Positions 13,036 through 24,722 of a stretch of 64,000 nt of DNA are shown here, in pieces. The position numbers and the translations under genes were made by a program. Under the pieces are notes generated by a model. The model saw only the letters and a list, made by a program, of their open reading frames with translations. It was not told the DNA's origin and ran no database searches. The DNA is from Eledone cirrhosa (Eukaryota). The stretch is taken from positions 76,880,001 through 76,944,000 of the forward strand of contig OZ024744.1 in assembly GCA_964016885.1 (NCBI GenBank), given 5' to 3'. Each line of letters opens with the position of its first letter. Position 1 is the stretch's first letter.

Positions 13036-13322
13036 AATGTCTGTACGTAATGAGGGAGTGAGAGGGAAGAGAAAGAAAGGCAGAGGTGAAATGACGAAGT
13101 GACTCTCTCCTCCTCCTCCTCCTCCTCCTCCTCCTCCTCCTCCATCTCCCCATTCGTCACAGCAATAGAGGGGAGGAATGTTAGTGTGTTACAAAGAGAA
13201 AGAGTGAGAGTGAGAGAAACAGACAGACTAAAAGAGAGGGATAACTGGAGAGAGAGAGAGATAGCAGCCACGCGCACACGTGTTTCCACTGTCGGACAGA
13301 CAGACAGAGAAATTGCTGGTTA

Positions 13323-14235
13323 TCTATATATATAAAACTGTGGTTGTCTGTCTGTCTATCGATTTTTGGCACACATCTCCTCTTAGAATCTCTCACGGAA
13401 TTGCACCGAAATTGCTAGACTTGTACATTGAGCCCTAGCGAAGACATCGGAAAAAAAAATTTCAAATTGACCCACCCTATGTGACGAAATCGAATATAAT
13501 GTATCGATTTTTGAGCGTAAGTTATCAGTTATTTCCCTTTGTTCTGTTTACATTGAGCGTCTTACGTAAAAAATTACGCTGGCTTTAACAGTTGTCGAGC
13601 CAGCAAAATATTGACCTGCAAAATTCATCAGTTCGAACACTAAGCTTCCGTTTTGCTTCATTTCCATTTAAAAGCATTTTAAAACAATATTTTTACTTGA
13701 AAACAAGTCTATTTAAAGACTACGTAAAACAAGCAAATATTTCGTCGTTAGGCGTGCAGACAGACAGTCGTGCAGACAGACAGTCGTGCAGAGAGGTGAT
13801 ATACGCGTGCAGACAGACAGTCGTGCAGAGAGGTGATATAGGCGTGCAGACAGACAGTCGTGCAGAGAGGTGATATAGGCGTGCAGACAGACAGTCGTGC
13901 AGAGAGGTGATATAGGCGTGCAGACAGACATAACTGATAATTTGGTTACGCTAATGTTTTTCTCTGCGTTGCAGTGTTTACATTTTCGATCTTTGTTAAT
14001 AAATAACCAGTGCAGTTTCTATCCCCAGCATCCTCTTTTGTTATAACATTCGGGTTATCGTTATGTTTTCTTAACTTCATAAGGCATATTGTTGGTTGAG
14101 GGAATATTAATCAAAAACACCACATGCAAGTCTGCACAGTAGACACTACAGTTTTTAAGCCAAGAAAGAAACTTAACATTGTAACTTTAACACAGCTACT
14201 GAGCGACCCCGAGCAACGCCGGGCTTTACTGCTAG
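13323..14235 (+). mobile_element. Non-autonomous Helitron with an internal 37-bp minisatellite (13750-13930)
   Basis: A|TC start, subterminal hairpin CCCGAGCAACGCCGGG, CTAG|T end, no TSD. Confidence 0.85.
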
Positions 14236-14488
14236 TATATTATAAGGAGATAATATACGGGAAGTTTATGAAAAACATTTGGAGGCCTTTCGCTATGAAT
14301 TTTTAAGGTTGAGAACATCTTCTGACATCCAGCCTCAGCAAAACACAGGGGAAAGTAGTCGACAAATGCCATCGTTTCTCACGTATTAGCTTTTATCAAG
14401 ACTACATACAATACGTATATATATATATGTATACCGCTATGTAGAAGCACCAATACAAAATCTATGTAGATATATCCTAGAAATTAAC

Positions 14489-15075
14489 TATTAAAATATC
14501 GTTATGCTTTGGGAGGGTCATGTTGCCAATAAGAAACACAAGCACCAGTTGCTTTCACTCCAATTTATTATAAATTAAATTTATAAATTTAAGAATTTAT
14601 AAATTTCCGGTTGGTTGGTTGGTTCCACAACCGGACGGTTGTTTATATATTGTCAAAGTTCTTTCGTCACACATTCTGTGACCTCTTCAGTGACTGGGGA
14701 TTCTTTTCTTTGTTTTTGTGCCTCTCCTTTGTTCTGTCCTACGCCATCTTGTTTGCGTAGGACAGAACAAAGGAGAGGCACAAAAACAAAGAAAAGAATC
14801 CCCAGTCACTGAAGAGATCCCAGAATGTGTGAAGAAAGAACTTTGACAATATATAAACAATCATCTGGTTGTGGAACCAACCAACCAACCGGAAATTTAT
14901 AAATTCTTAAATTTATAAATTTAATTTATAATAGATTGGAGTGAAAGCAACTGGTGCTTGTGTTTCTTAGTGGCAACATAACCCTCCCAAAGCATAACAA
15001 TATCGGTTTCAACACACGTTTTCAGATAAAGAATCTTGCTAAACAAATTCAGAAACGAAATATTAAAATATCGTT
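14489..15075. mobile_element. Fold-back (palindromic) HHR element with a 15-bp TSD
   Basis: Arms 14496-14744 and 14755-15003; TATTAAAATATCGTT at 14489-14503 and 15061-15075. Confidence 0.85.
14652..14694 (-). ncRNA. Minimal Type I hammerhead ribozyme
   Basis: GTCA-CTGAAGA-G-GTCACA gaatg TGTGAC-GAAA-GAAC-TT-TGAC. The partner copy at 14805-14847 (+) has a mutated stem II. Confidence 0.75.
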
Positions 15076-15185
15076 GTTATCTTTAAGCACTTGTACATGT
15101 TGGTTATGGACATAAATTAAAGAGCTTCTCTTATGCAAAACATTAATCTTCAAGGCGCAAATTTTACAGTTTATATGAATGTGAA

Positions 15186-15340
15186 GGCGCGTGGCTTTGA
15201 GGTTAGGGTATTCGGCTCGCGATCGTAAGGTCGTGAGTTCAGTTCCCAGTGGTGCGTTCTGTCCTTAAGCAAGACACTTTATTTCACGTTGCTCCAATCC
15301 ACTCAGCTGGCAAAAATGAGTTGTACCTGTAATTCAAAAG
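15186..15340 (+). mobile_element. Second tRNA-SINE family
   Basis: tRNA-like head (GGCGCGTGGC...GGTTAG...GAGTTC) plus core gtccttaagcaagacactttatttcacgttgctcc; relatives at 38701, 39100, 55630-55757(-) and 61345-61580(-). Confidence 0.75.
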
Positions 15341-15344
15341 TCCA

Positions 15345-15976
15345 GCCATAGCAGTAATCGGTAGAGCGTCGAACACCATGCTTTCCAACATATAGTTATG
15401 GCCCTTTACGTTCTGAGTTAACTTTACCTTTCATCTTTACGGGTCGATAAAATAAAGTACCAGTAATACACTGGCGTTGATTTAATCGACTTTCCCCTCC
15501 CCAAAATTGTTGGCCTTGTGCCTAAATCAGAGACCATTATTGTATGCGGAATATAGACGGTGAATTGGCAGTATCGGTAGAGCGTCAGACGCCATGCTTT
15601 GCAGCGTGGAGTTATGGCCCGTTACGGTCTGAGTTCAAATCCTGCCGAGGTTAAATTTGCCGTTCATCCTTACGGGTCGATAAACTAAAGTACCAGTAAT
15701 GCACTGAGGTAATTGCTGGCCTTGTACCAAATGTAGAAAAGCATGTGTTTGCTCCATTACTTTATGTGTGTGTATAGAATATTAATAATTGTTTCTACTT
15801 TTGGCACAAGGCCAGCAATTACCCCAGTGCATTACTGGTACTTTATTTTATGGACCCCGTAAGGATGAAAGGCAAAGTTAACCTCGGCGGGATTTGAAAT
15901 CAGAGTGCCAAAGGCCGTAACTCTATGCGTCAAACATGGCGTCCGACCCTCTACCGGTACTGCCAATCCACCGCCT
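15345..15976. mobile_element. Major tRNA-SINE copies (two plus-strand, one minus-strand)
   Basis: Same core and A/B boxes as the 2.5-3.7 kb cluster. Confidence 0.85.
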
Positions 15977-15989
15977 TCTATAGAATATT

Positions 15990-16142
15990 AATAATATGTA
16001 TGTGGTATGTGTGTGTATGGTGGCATGTTATTATGTATGTGGTATGTGTGTGTATGGTGGCATGTTAATATGTATGTGGTATGTGTGTGTGTGGTGGCAT
16101 GTTAATATGTATGTGGTATGTGTGTGTATGGCGGCATGTTAT
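15990..16142. repeat. ~37-bp minisatellite, 4 copies
   Basis: Unit TAATATGTATGTGGTATGTGTGTGTATGGTGGCATGT. Confidence 0.85.
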
Positions 16143-16288
16143 TTATGTGAATAAGTAGATGTATTTATACTAATATGTACCTACCTATCTAGACATGTAT
16201 GCATGTAATCATGCATACATATCTGTCTGTCTGTATATATGTATGTATATATATATGTATGTGTATATATATGTATATATATATATTT

Positions 16289-16553
16289 AGGGTGACTTTG
16301 GACATCCTGCAGGACTAAAAACAAAACCTGTCAAAGGGCAAAGGAGCTCTTAAGAGTCAATGGCCATCCAAAATCACCGGGAGAGATGACCCCTTAGCCT
16401 TTGTCAAGGCAGAATTCTAGGAGAAGGAAAACTCTGATATAACACCTGCAACCCTGATGGTATCCAATGATGTTGACTTGTTCTTCTTTTTGGTAAATAT
16501 CATCTTGGATAAGAGAGAGGGACTGGCTTTGTGCAATGCCTTTGCTCACTATA
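16289..16553 (+). mobile_element. RTE-derived bipartite non-autonomous element, partial
   Basis: Near-identical to part of 21016-21590. Confidence 0.75.
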
Positions 16554-16719
16554 CGTTCACATGTATGTAAGTATTTATATATATAACCTGTCGCATGTAT
16601 ATATGTACATACGCATGTATGTACATACGTACATATGGATGTATGTATGTATGTATGTATGTATGCATGTATGTATGCATGAATGTATGAATGTATATAT
16701 GTAAGTACAGACGTTCACA

Positions 16720-17010
16720 TGTAGGTTCTTCTAGTTTTATAATTTCACAAAGTTTTACCAACACAGAGAGAGTCGGTTTCTAACAGAGACACAAGACTCT
16801 CTCATTGGAATTTACACAACATCAACTAGGTAGATATGTCTGTATGTCTGCATGTGTAGATATGGATGTTAATGTATGTGTGGATGTGTACGTTTTGAGT
16901 TGTGCATGTGCATGTGCATATGCTTTGTATATGTACATGTGTATATGCAGTTATTAGATGCAACATTTTTGGAATGTTTTACATATTTTTACTGTTCCAT
17001 TAATAGATTG
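16720..17010 (-). mobile_element. R4/Dong-like retrotransposon 3' end (subfamily of 44508-45650)
   Basis: QSINGTVKICKTFQK and a 3' UTR matching 45350-45650. Confidence 0.75.
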
Positions 17011-17070
17011 TACTTTTAATTTTCTAACTAGTTGTGTTCTTTCTTTCTTTCTTTCTGTATGTATGTATAT

Positions 17071-17590
17071 AACCTGTCGCATGGTCGGGTCGTCGGCGAC
17101 TAAACCGGCAACACCATCAAGTTTACTTGCACACCCTGCAGGACAAAAAACAAAACCTGACAAAGGGCGGAAACAAAACCTGATAAATGGCCACCCAAAA
17201 GTGTGTAAATATGTATTATATACACATATGTATTTATATGCGTGAGGACATAGAAATAGTCGGGCTGGACACCGGATCGCGCGGTTAAACCATTGGGAGT
17301 GAAGGACCCCTAGCCTTTGTCAGGGCATTCTTCTAGGAGAAGACAACTCTGGAAACTGGGATAACTCCGATATAAAACCTGCAGCTCAGTAGTTACTGAT
17401 GATGTAGATCTTTTTTTCTTTTCGGGTTATAGCTACTGTTGCTCAGAGAGTGGGATTGGCTCAGTACAGTCTTTCCTCACTTTATAAAATATCTTCACGC
17501 ACAGGCATTGCACGATAGAATGAATTAATGATTATTAATAATGGTATATCATGCAATGGCCATACTCGATAACGAGGAGGCAGCCATCAT
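17071..17590 (+). mobile_element. RTE-derived bipartite element, subfamily B
   Basis: Shares the 5' motif, the ctaggagaagacaactctg block and the 3' end ggccatactcgataacgaggaggcagccatc. Confidence 0.7.
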
Positions 17591-18014
17591 ATATATATAT
17601 ATATATGTACATATGCATGTATGTATGTACGTACGCATGAATGTATGTATGAATGTATGTATACATATATATACATACGCATATATGCATGTACCTATGC
17701 ATGCATGTATGTATGCATCTATGCATGTATCTATCTATCTACATATATATCGAAAAAATGAAACGAAATTTCATTTCCCACTCTTAGTACGGCTGTTACT
17801 TAAATATAAGTATGTACACGTACATACATATATGTATACAGACGTACAGTAGTATGTATATATATATATACATACATGCACAGATATATATATATGTACG
17901 TATGGATTCACCGAACATTTATTATAATGCTTGATGTGTTTGTAAACAAACATCCCGTATTAAGCCGTAGTGTCTAGCAACCATCGTGCTCGTTTGTTCA
18001 ACACTGACAAAGGA

Positions 18015-18057
18015 ACGCTGTACTAGTTTCAAGCTTATTAGCTATCGTCAGCAACGT
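18015..18057 (-). ncRNA. Minimal Type I hammerhead ribozyme, intact core
   Basis: ACGTTG-CTGACGA-T-AGCT aata AGCT-T-GAAA-CTAG-TA-CAGCGT; palindromic stem III and GUA cleavage triplet. Confidence 0.85.
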
Positions 18058-18347
18058 ATACCTTCCTGCCAGATTGTTGAACGTCTGAAAGTATATACTT
18101 TCCTTATGCATATTAACGGCTGAGTAGCCCAATTTGCATATCGAGTGGGTTAATCGGCCGGGTGCACCGAAAACGATAAACGGAAAAAATGAAACGAAAT
18201 TTCATTTCCCATACGTACATATATATATGTGTGCATGTATGTATATATATATACATACTACTGTACGTCTGTATACATATATGAATGTACGTGTACATAC
18301 TTTTTTCAGGGTATGTCAATATTTATTTATAAAACTAATCTGTATTG

Positions 18348-18413
18348 TATTTTATCTGATGAAAGCGCACTATAATTTTCCTTGGTGGCTCTTGAAATAT
18401 GTATAATAAAATA
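18348..18413 (+). ncRNA. Type I hammerhead motif with degenerate stem II
   Basis: TATTTTAT-CTGATGA...GAAA-TATGTA-TA-ATAAAATA; same family as 24116-24176. Confidence 0.6.
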
Positions 18414-18590
18414 AATATGGTTTTATAAATATAGTTTCCATTTGTTAATATATTGTATATTTACTCCACTACTCTGTTGAGTGCTTTATATCAGTTATAA
18501 AAATGTTTAAGCTTGTTGAATCCCAACAAATTAAATATAACCTCTGCATATATATATATATATATCTACATACCTACATACCTACATACA

Positions 18591-18632
<42 letters not shown>

Positions 18633-19006
18633 TGTATGTAGGTATGTAGATACAATTGTATAGAAAATAATAAAAATATATGTATTTACCATGTTGAATA
18701 AGCCATCAACAATATAATTGCCTGAGTGTATTTATATATTTAGTGTCACGCAAAGCATCCAGACAAATTCTGAATAGTTTTGTAAGTAACACTTAACCAT
18801 AGAATTTATGCAACCAAAGAAATGGTAAATGTTTTGAATTTTTCTGAAAGAGAATTCGACTTGCCAGCACATATAGTAAAAAGACATGACCCGACTAATT
18901 TGCCATCTCTGTTTGGCATAAAAAACAAACAAGCTGTATATGAATATTCGATAAACACAGAAATAATAGCCCAGTGTAGGTGTATAATTATGATCATTTT
19001 TGTATA

Positions 19007-19520
19007 TCTATATATAAATTTGAGTGACTTCCGCCCGTCCATCACACAAAATGTGTGTGTGTGTGTGAATATAGGGGTGTGTAAAAAGAAGAAGGGGGTG
19101 GTGAAAAAACTAGAGCAAAACAGCGGATGGCTTTCCCTTTGCCACGCTGTCTGTGAGTGTATGTGCATGTGTGTTTGTGTAAATGTATGTGTGTATGTTT
19201 GTGTAAATATATGTGTGCGTAAAAGGAGGGATGGTGAAAAAACTATAGCAAAACAGCGTTGTGTGTCAGTGTATGTGTGTGTGTGTTTGTGTAAATGTAT
19301 GTGTGTGTTTGTGTGAATATTTGTGTGTGTTTGTGTGAATGTATGTGTATTTGTGTGAATGTATGTCTGTGGGTGTGTATTTTTGTAAGTGTGTCTGTGT
19401 TTGCGCGTTTATATTTATATACTCATATATATAAATGTATACATATGCACATTCACACATGAACATACACACATGAACACATATATACACATACACGTCA
19501 GCGCGTTAAAAAAAATCCTA
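19007..19520 (+). mobile_element. Non-autonomous Helitron, second family
   Basis: A|TCTATATATAAATTTGAG start and CTAG|T end; partial relatives at 38920-39070 and 43540-43735. Confidence 0.65.
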
Positions 19521-19589
19521 GTACAAAAGAGTGTGTATGTTAGTGTATGTGTAGGATGGTGGGTTGAAACGTTCGTAGACTGAGCTGAC

Positions 19590-19800
19590 TATAAAGGAGT
19601 GATGATAGTGCTGTGAAATCTTTCAAGCATTAATTTTAACTCCTTTTTTTTAATAACTGCATTATTTCTTTCCAGCGGCTGGCTATGTTGAAAAATAAAC
19701 CTCATTTGGTCATTCCATGAGAGTATCTTGGTCAGCCTATGAAGGAGTGATGCTAAAGCTGTGAAATGTTGCATCCATTAATTTCAACTCTTCTTATTCA
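19590..19800. mobile_element. Mariner-like MITE fragment
   Basis: Reverse-complement similarity to 53231-53424. Confidence 0.55.
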
Positions 19801-19873
19801 GATATACTTTCTCATACACAGCCACACACAAACACACACATGTGTGTGTGTGTTTATGTATACTCTATATATG

Positions 19874-19906
<33 letters not shown>

Positions 19907-20179
19907 CTGTGTGTGTGTGTACGTGTGTGTGCAGTTTTTACAACTGCGTTTATGTCCAGCAGTAACGTAGCGGAACGATAAAAACGGGATCGATAAATCA
20001 GGTACGAGACTTTAAAAAATATGTTATGGGGACGATATGATTGGCTGAATAAACGCAGTGGCCCTGTATGGTCGTAGTTTAATGACTGAAGCCGATAAAA
20101 GACTAAAAGAACAAAAGAATAATATGTGTGTGAGTGAGTGTGCATGTGTATGTATGTATGATTTATGTATGTATGTATG

Positions 20180-20995
20180 TTATCTCTTTCTCTTAATTTC
20201 GAGTATATTTTTTTGACCTGCCACCTTCCTGGTGAAAAGGTTGTAAAAGAAAAAAAATTGTCATCCCTTGAATCGCAAGAATGTTTTGCAAATTTTGAAG
20301 GTGCCAGCTATCACAGCCATTTATAGACTATGAATTAGGGAGCTGCGCTCTTTGTCCGCAAATCCAAGTTCAGTCATACTTTGGTCCAAGCGGGTTGGTA
20401 TATAACCCGTAGCTCCAATAATGATGGGTATGAAGCTAAAGGTGTATCTTGGATACTGGATTTGTAAACTCCTCATCAATGGTCCGTAGATGTCCTCCTT
20501 CTCCTGTATTTTTCTGACAACGTTTACATCAAGTGGGCAGCTGATCTCCACAACAGAACACATTTTCAATGTGTGGTCCCAAGGCCGGTTGTGCTTTAAT
20601 TTGGTGGCAGTTTTTATTTTCAGGTTCCACCAGTATTCCTTAGTGCCATCTGTCTCAATATATTCTTCCTCGTTTGTTGTTAATTTTGTTTTCCGAAGTG
20701 CGTTCCAGATGGTTCTAGCTATCCCATCGTGTCTCATGGGGAGGTAGTAGCGAGATGACATTCTTTCGCAGCTGGCAACAATGTGGCTTACATCCTCGAT
20801 CTTTGTTTTACATAGCCTACATTTATTGTCAGCTGATGGCCCTCCTCTTTTGTGCAGCATATATTTGGTAGGGAGTTCTTGTTCCTGTATTGCATAGAGA
20901 TATCCCTCAAGGTGTGATGTCATAAACTTGTCGGAACTCCATGCCAGGCTTTTTGAGTAGTTTATCCCCTCTATGATCTTTGTTTTACGTCTCAA
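20180..20995 (-). mobile_element. 5'-truncated R4/Dong-like non-LTR retrotransposon (CCHC + RLE)
   Basis: CRLC...HIVASC zinc knuckle and RHD...KHNRP(D)...VVEISCP...K..KEDIY RLE motifs; (CATA)n on both sides. Confidence 0.9.
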
Positions 20996-21015
20996 TGTAT
21001 GTATGTATGTATGTA

Positions 21016-21590
21016 TCCCAGTACAACCTGTCCCATGGTCGGGTCGTTGGCGACTAAACTGGCAACCCCACCAAGGTTTCTTGGTAAGGAGGGTGACTTT
21101 GGACTTCCTGCAGGACTAAAAACAAAACCTGTCAAAGGGCAAAGGAGCTCTTAAGAGTCAGTGGCCATCCAAAATCACCGGGAGAGATGACCCCTTAGCC
21201 TTTATCAAGGCAGAATTCTTGGAGAAGGAAAACTCTGATATAACACCTGCAATTTTGATAGTATCCAATTATGTTGACTTGTTCTTCTTTTTGGTAAATA
21301 TCATCTTGGTTAAGAGAGTGGGACTGGCTTTGTGCAGTGCCTTTGCTCACTATAAAAGCTTCACGGCACAGGCATTGCTTTATATCTGGAGATCTCTCTG
21401 CACTTGTCGTCACATGGTACCATGGGCCCAGCACTATGTGTCAATAATTGTCACAAGTGTAGTGTTTTTACCAGAGTTTTCAAGTCGCTGGCTGGACTAA
21501 ATAATCACACGCGTTTAGCGCATCGGTAGGGGTTCTCCTACATGGATATAAAGTAGTGGCCGTACTCGAAAACGAGTTGGCAGCCACCAT
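21016..21590 (+). mobile_element. RTE-derived bipartite non-autonomous element (~575 bp)
   Basis: RTE-like 5' UTR block (ggagaaggaaaactctg), C2H2-like ORF-end remnant (CSVCTRVFKSLAGLKSH in sister copies) and a (GTAT)n tail. Confidence 0.75.
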
Positions 21591-21605
21591 GTATGTATGT
21601 ATGCG

Positions 21606-22170
21606 GGTGATTTTGGACACCCTGCAGGACAAAAAAACAAAACCTGACAAAGGGCGGAAGAACTCATAAGAGTCAACGGCCATCCAAAAGTGTGTAAATA
21701 TGTATAAACACATGCACCGCGCGGTTAAACCACTGGGAATGAAGGACCCCTAGCCTTTGTCAGGGCATTTTTCTAGGAGAAGGCAACTCTGGAAACTGGG
21801 ATAACTCCGATATAAAATCTGCAGTTCAGTAGTTACCAATGATGTTGATCTTTTCTTCTCTTCGCGTTATAGCTACTGTTGCTCAGTGGGATTGGCTCAG
21901 TGCACAGTCTTTCCTCACTTTAAAAAATATCTTCACGCACAGGCATTGCCTGATAGAATTAATTAATAATTATTAATAATGGTATATCGTGCAATGGCCA
22001 TACTCGATAACGAGGAGGCAGCCATCATGTATGCATGAATGTATGTATGTATGTATGAACTCCAACCACAGCGGGCTACTGCCAGTGAATGTTTTGGTTG
22101 CCAACTCTGTGCAAGACATTTTAAATCATTGGTTGGGCTAAAAAGCCACATTCGATCGCAGCACTATTAA
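21606..22170 (+). mobile_element. RTE-derived element subfamily B plus an RTE C-terminal C2H2 remnant
   Basis: Matches 17071-17590; 22095-22170 translates as FGCQLCARHFKSLVGLKSHIRSQHY*. Confidence 0.65.
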
Positions 22171-22249
22171 TTGTTATTGTGTGTGTGTATGTATATATAG
22201 ATATGTATATGTGTGTGTGTCTATATATATATATATATAACCAAAATAT

Positions 22250-22580
22250 ATGGTTCATTGATTAATCAATGAATATAGTTTTACAAAAGATTAAAAGCAC
22301 TCTCCAAAGAAGTTTTCTGGAGTTATTAATAATATTCAAAATATTAATAAATGAAGACGTTCACATCAACAAAATATATGTTTTATTATATATATTTCGG
22401 AAGTACTGCGCTGTTTTTTTCAGATAAAATACATGAATTGATGTATGACTTATGTTGAGGTATGTCATACATCAATTCATGTATTTTATCTGAAAAAACA
22501 GCACAGTACCTACGAAATATATATAATAAAACATATATTTTGAGTATGTGAAAGTCTTCAACTATTAATATTTTGAATAA
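22250..22580. mobile_element. Fold-back element with a degenerate HHR (family of 41070-41475)
   Basis: Arms about 22333-22449 and 22464-22579; TTTTAT-CTGAAAA...GAAA-TATATA-TA-ATAAAA. Confidence 0.7.
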
Positions 22581-22651
22581 TATATATATATATATTTGAA
22601 TAATATATATATATATAATTTTTTCTATTATTATTATTATTGTCGTTATTC

Positions 22652-22845
22652 GGCGGTGGATTGGCAGTATCGGTAAAGAGTCGGACGCCATGCTTTGAAG
22701 CATAGAGTTACGTCTCTTTATGATCTGAGTTCAAATCCCGCCGAGGTTAACTTTGCCTTTTATCCTTACGGGGATCGATAAAATAAAGTACCAGTAATGT
22801 ACTGGATAATTGCTGGCCTTGTGCCAAAAGTAGAAACAATTATTA
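22652..22845 (+). mobile_element. tRNA-SINE copy
   Basis: Full-length match to the major SINE. Confidence 0.9.
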
Positions 22846-23257
22846 TTGTCGGTATTCTTTTATGTTGTTTTTTTCGTGCAGTGGCCATACTCGATAACGA
22901 GGAGGCAGCCATCGTGTATGTATGATGTATGCTTGTGTGTATGTATGATTTATGTATATATGTATGCATGATTCATGTATACTCTTTTACTCTTTTACCT
23001 GTTTCAGCCATCCGGCTGAGGCCATGCTGGGGCACCGCCCTTGTATATATATGTATATATGTATATGAGTATGTATATATGTATATGTGCATGTATGTGA
23101 ATGTATGATGTATGTGTGTATGATATATGCATATATGAGTGTATACATACATACATATTTTCTGCGTGTATGTATGTATATATGTGTGTGTCTCTGTGTG
23201 TGTGCGCGTGCGTGAGTACGTACGTATATACATATAAACGTGTGTGCTTACGTGTAC

Positions 23258-23320
<63 letters not shown>

Positions 23321-23328
<8 letters not shown>

Positions 23329-23473
23329 TAAGAGGAATTCCAACTTTGTCTGATTTACTCGTTTTATTTACAATCCTTTAAAATATATATAATGGTAACC
23401 ATTATATATATTTTAAAGGATTGTAAATAAAACGAGTAAATCAGACAAAGTTGGAATTCCTCTTATTAATATA
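23321..23473. repeat. Perfect palindrome, 76-bp arms, 1-nt spacer
   Basis: Centre at A23397 (ATGGT-A-ACCAT); adjoins (TA)n. Confidence 0.95.
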
Positions 23474-23521
23474 ATCTTCTATACACAATCATACACACCC
23501 GTGTATATTTACCTATCTATA

Positions 23522-23765
<244 letters not shown>

Positions 23766-23851
23766 ATAATAATAAATGTGAAGACTAAAATCCAAAGAGG
23801 GCTCGATAAGGATAAATATATATTAGATATATGAACCCTAGAGCAAATATT

Positions 23852-23978
23852 TATTAAAATAACAGATTAAAGTTTAAGCAAAGAATCGCTGCTTTCACCC
23901 TTAACTGGATCTTCTGAAGATCCCGTTAAGGGTGAAAGCACGGATTCTTTGCTTAAACTTTAATCTGTTATTTTAATA
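23852..23978. repeat. Palindrome built from a dispersed repeat (copies at 9450-9545, 9765-9860, 12375-12445)
   Basis: Centre GGATCTTC-T-GAAGATCC at 23915. Confidence 0.85.
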
Positions 23979-23993
23979 TATATATATATATTA

Positions 23994-24215
23994 GTACGCA
24001 CACATCAGATAAAATACAAAGTTTTTTTAATAAATATTAACATAATCAGGAAGAAGATCTTAAAGATTCAAGGATCTTCTTCCTGGATATGTCAAAATTT
24101 ATAAAACAAACTTTGTATTTTATCTGATGAGTGCGTACCAAAGTTTTGGTACCATTGAAATATATATAATAGAATAAATATGGTTTTATAAATATAATTT
24201 CTATTTATTTAATAT

Positions 24216-24225
<10 letters not shown>
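23994..24225. mobile_element. Fold-back HHR element
   Basis: Imperfect arms about 23994-24060 and 24073-24138, then extension through the HHR; (TA)n on both sides. Confidence 0.75.
24116..24176 (+). ncRNA. Type I hammerhead ribozyme
   Basis: TATTTTAT-CTGATGA-gtgc-GTACCAAA gt TTTGGTAC-catt-GAAA-TATATA-TA-ATAGAATA. Confidence 0.75.
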
Positions 24226-24260
<35 letters not shown>

Positions 24261-24476
24261 TAAACGGAATAGAAAATGCTGACAAATTTTTCACAGTTGA
24301 AAAATGGTTTAATTAGGAATAAAAGAGTATTAGTGATTGTATGGGTTAGTATTCAGTTGTGGTTTTAGGTTTTTAAGTTGTTACCGGTTGCGCATTTCTA
24401 AATGCTTTTCAAAAATAATTTTGAGATGGTGTGTCCGTGTTGTTTGCATTGATCTGATTAGTTTTGGGAATTCTAC

Positions 24477-24722
24477 CTGTTTTTATGTTAAAAAAGTGGC
24501 TCCAGCGTTACTTTTGTGTTGCAAAAATTCTTGTGGTCAAAACAATTTTGATTGGTCGGTAGAGGTGATGTGAATGTAAAAAATTGATTTTGCGCCAAGA
24601 CTGTTTTTATGTTAAAAAACTGGCTCCAGCGTTATTTGGTGTTTGCAAAAATTCTTGTGGTCAAAACAATTTTGATTGGTCGGTAGAGGTCATGTGAATA
24701 TAAAATTGGTTTTGCGCCAAGA
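24477..24722. repeat. Tandem duplication, ~124-bp unit x2
   Basis: ctgtttttatgttaaaaaa...ttttgcgccaaga occurs twice. Confidence 0.85.
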
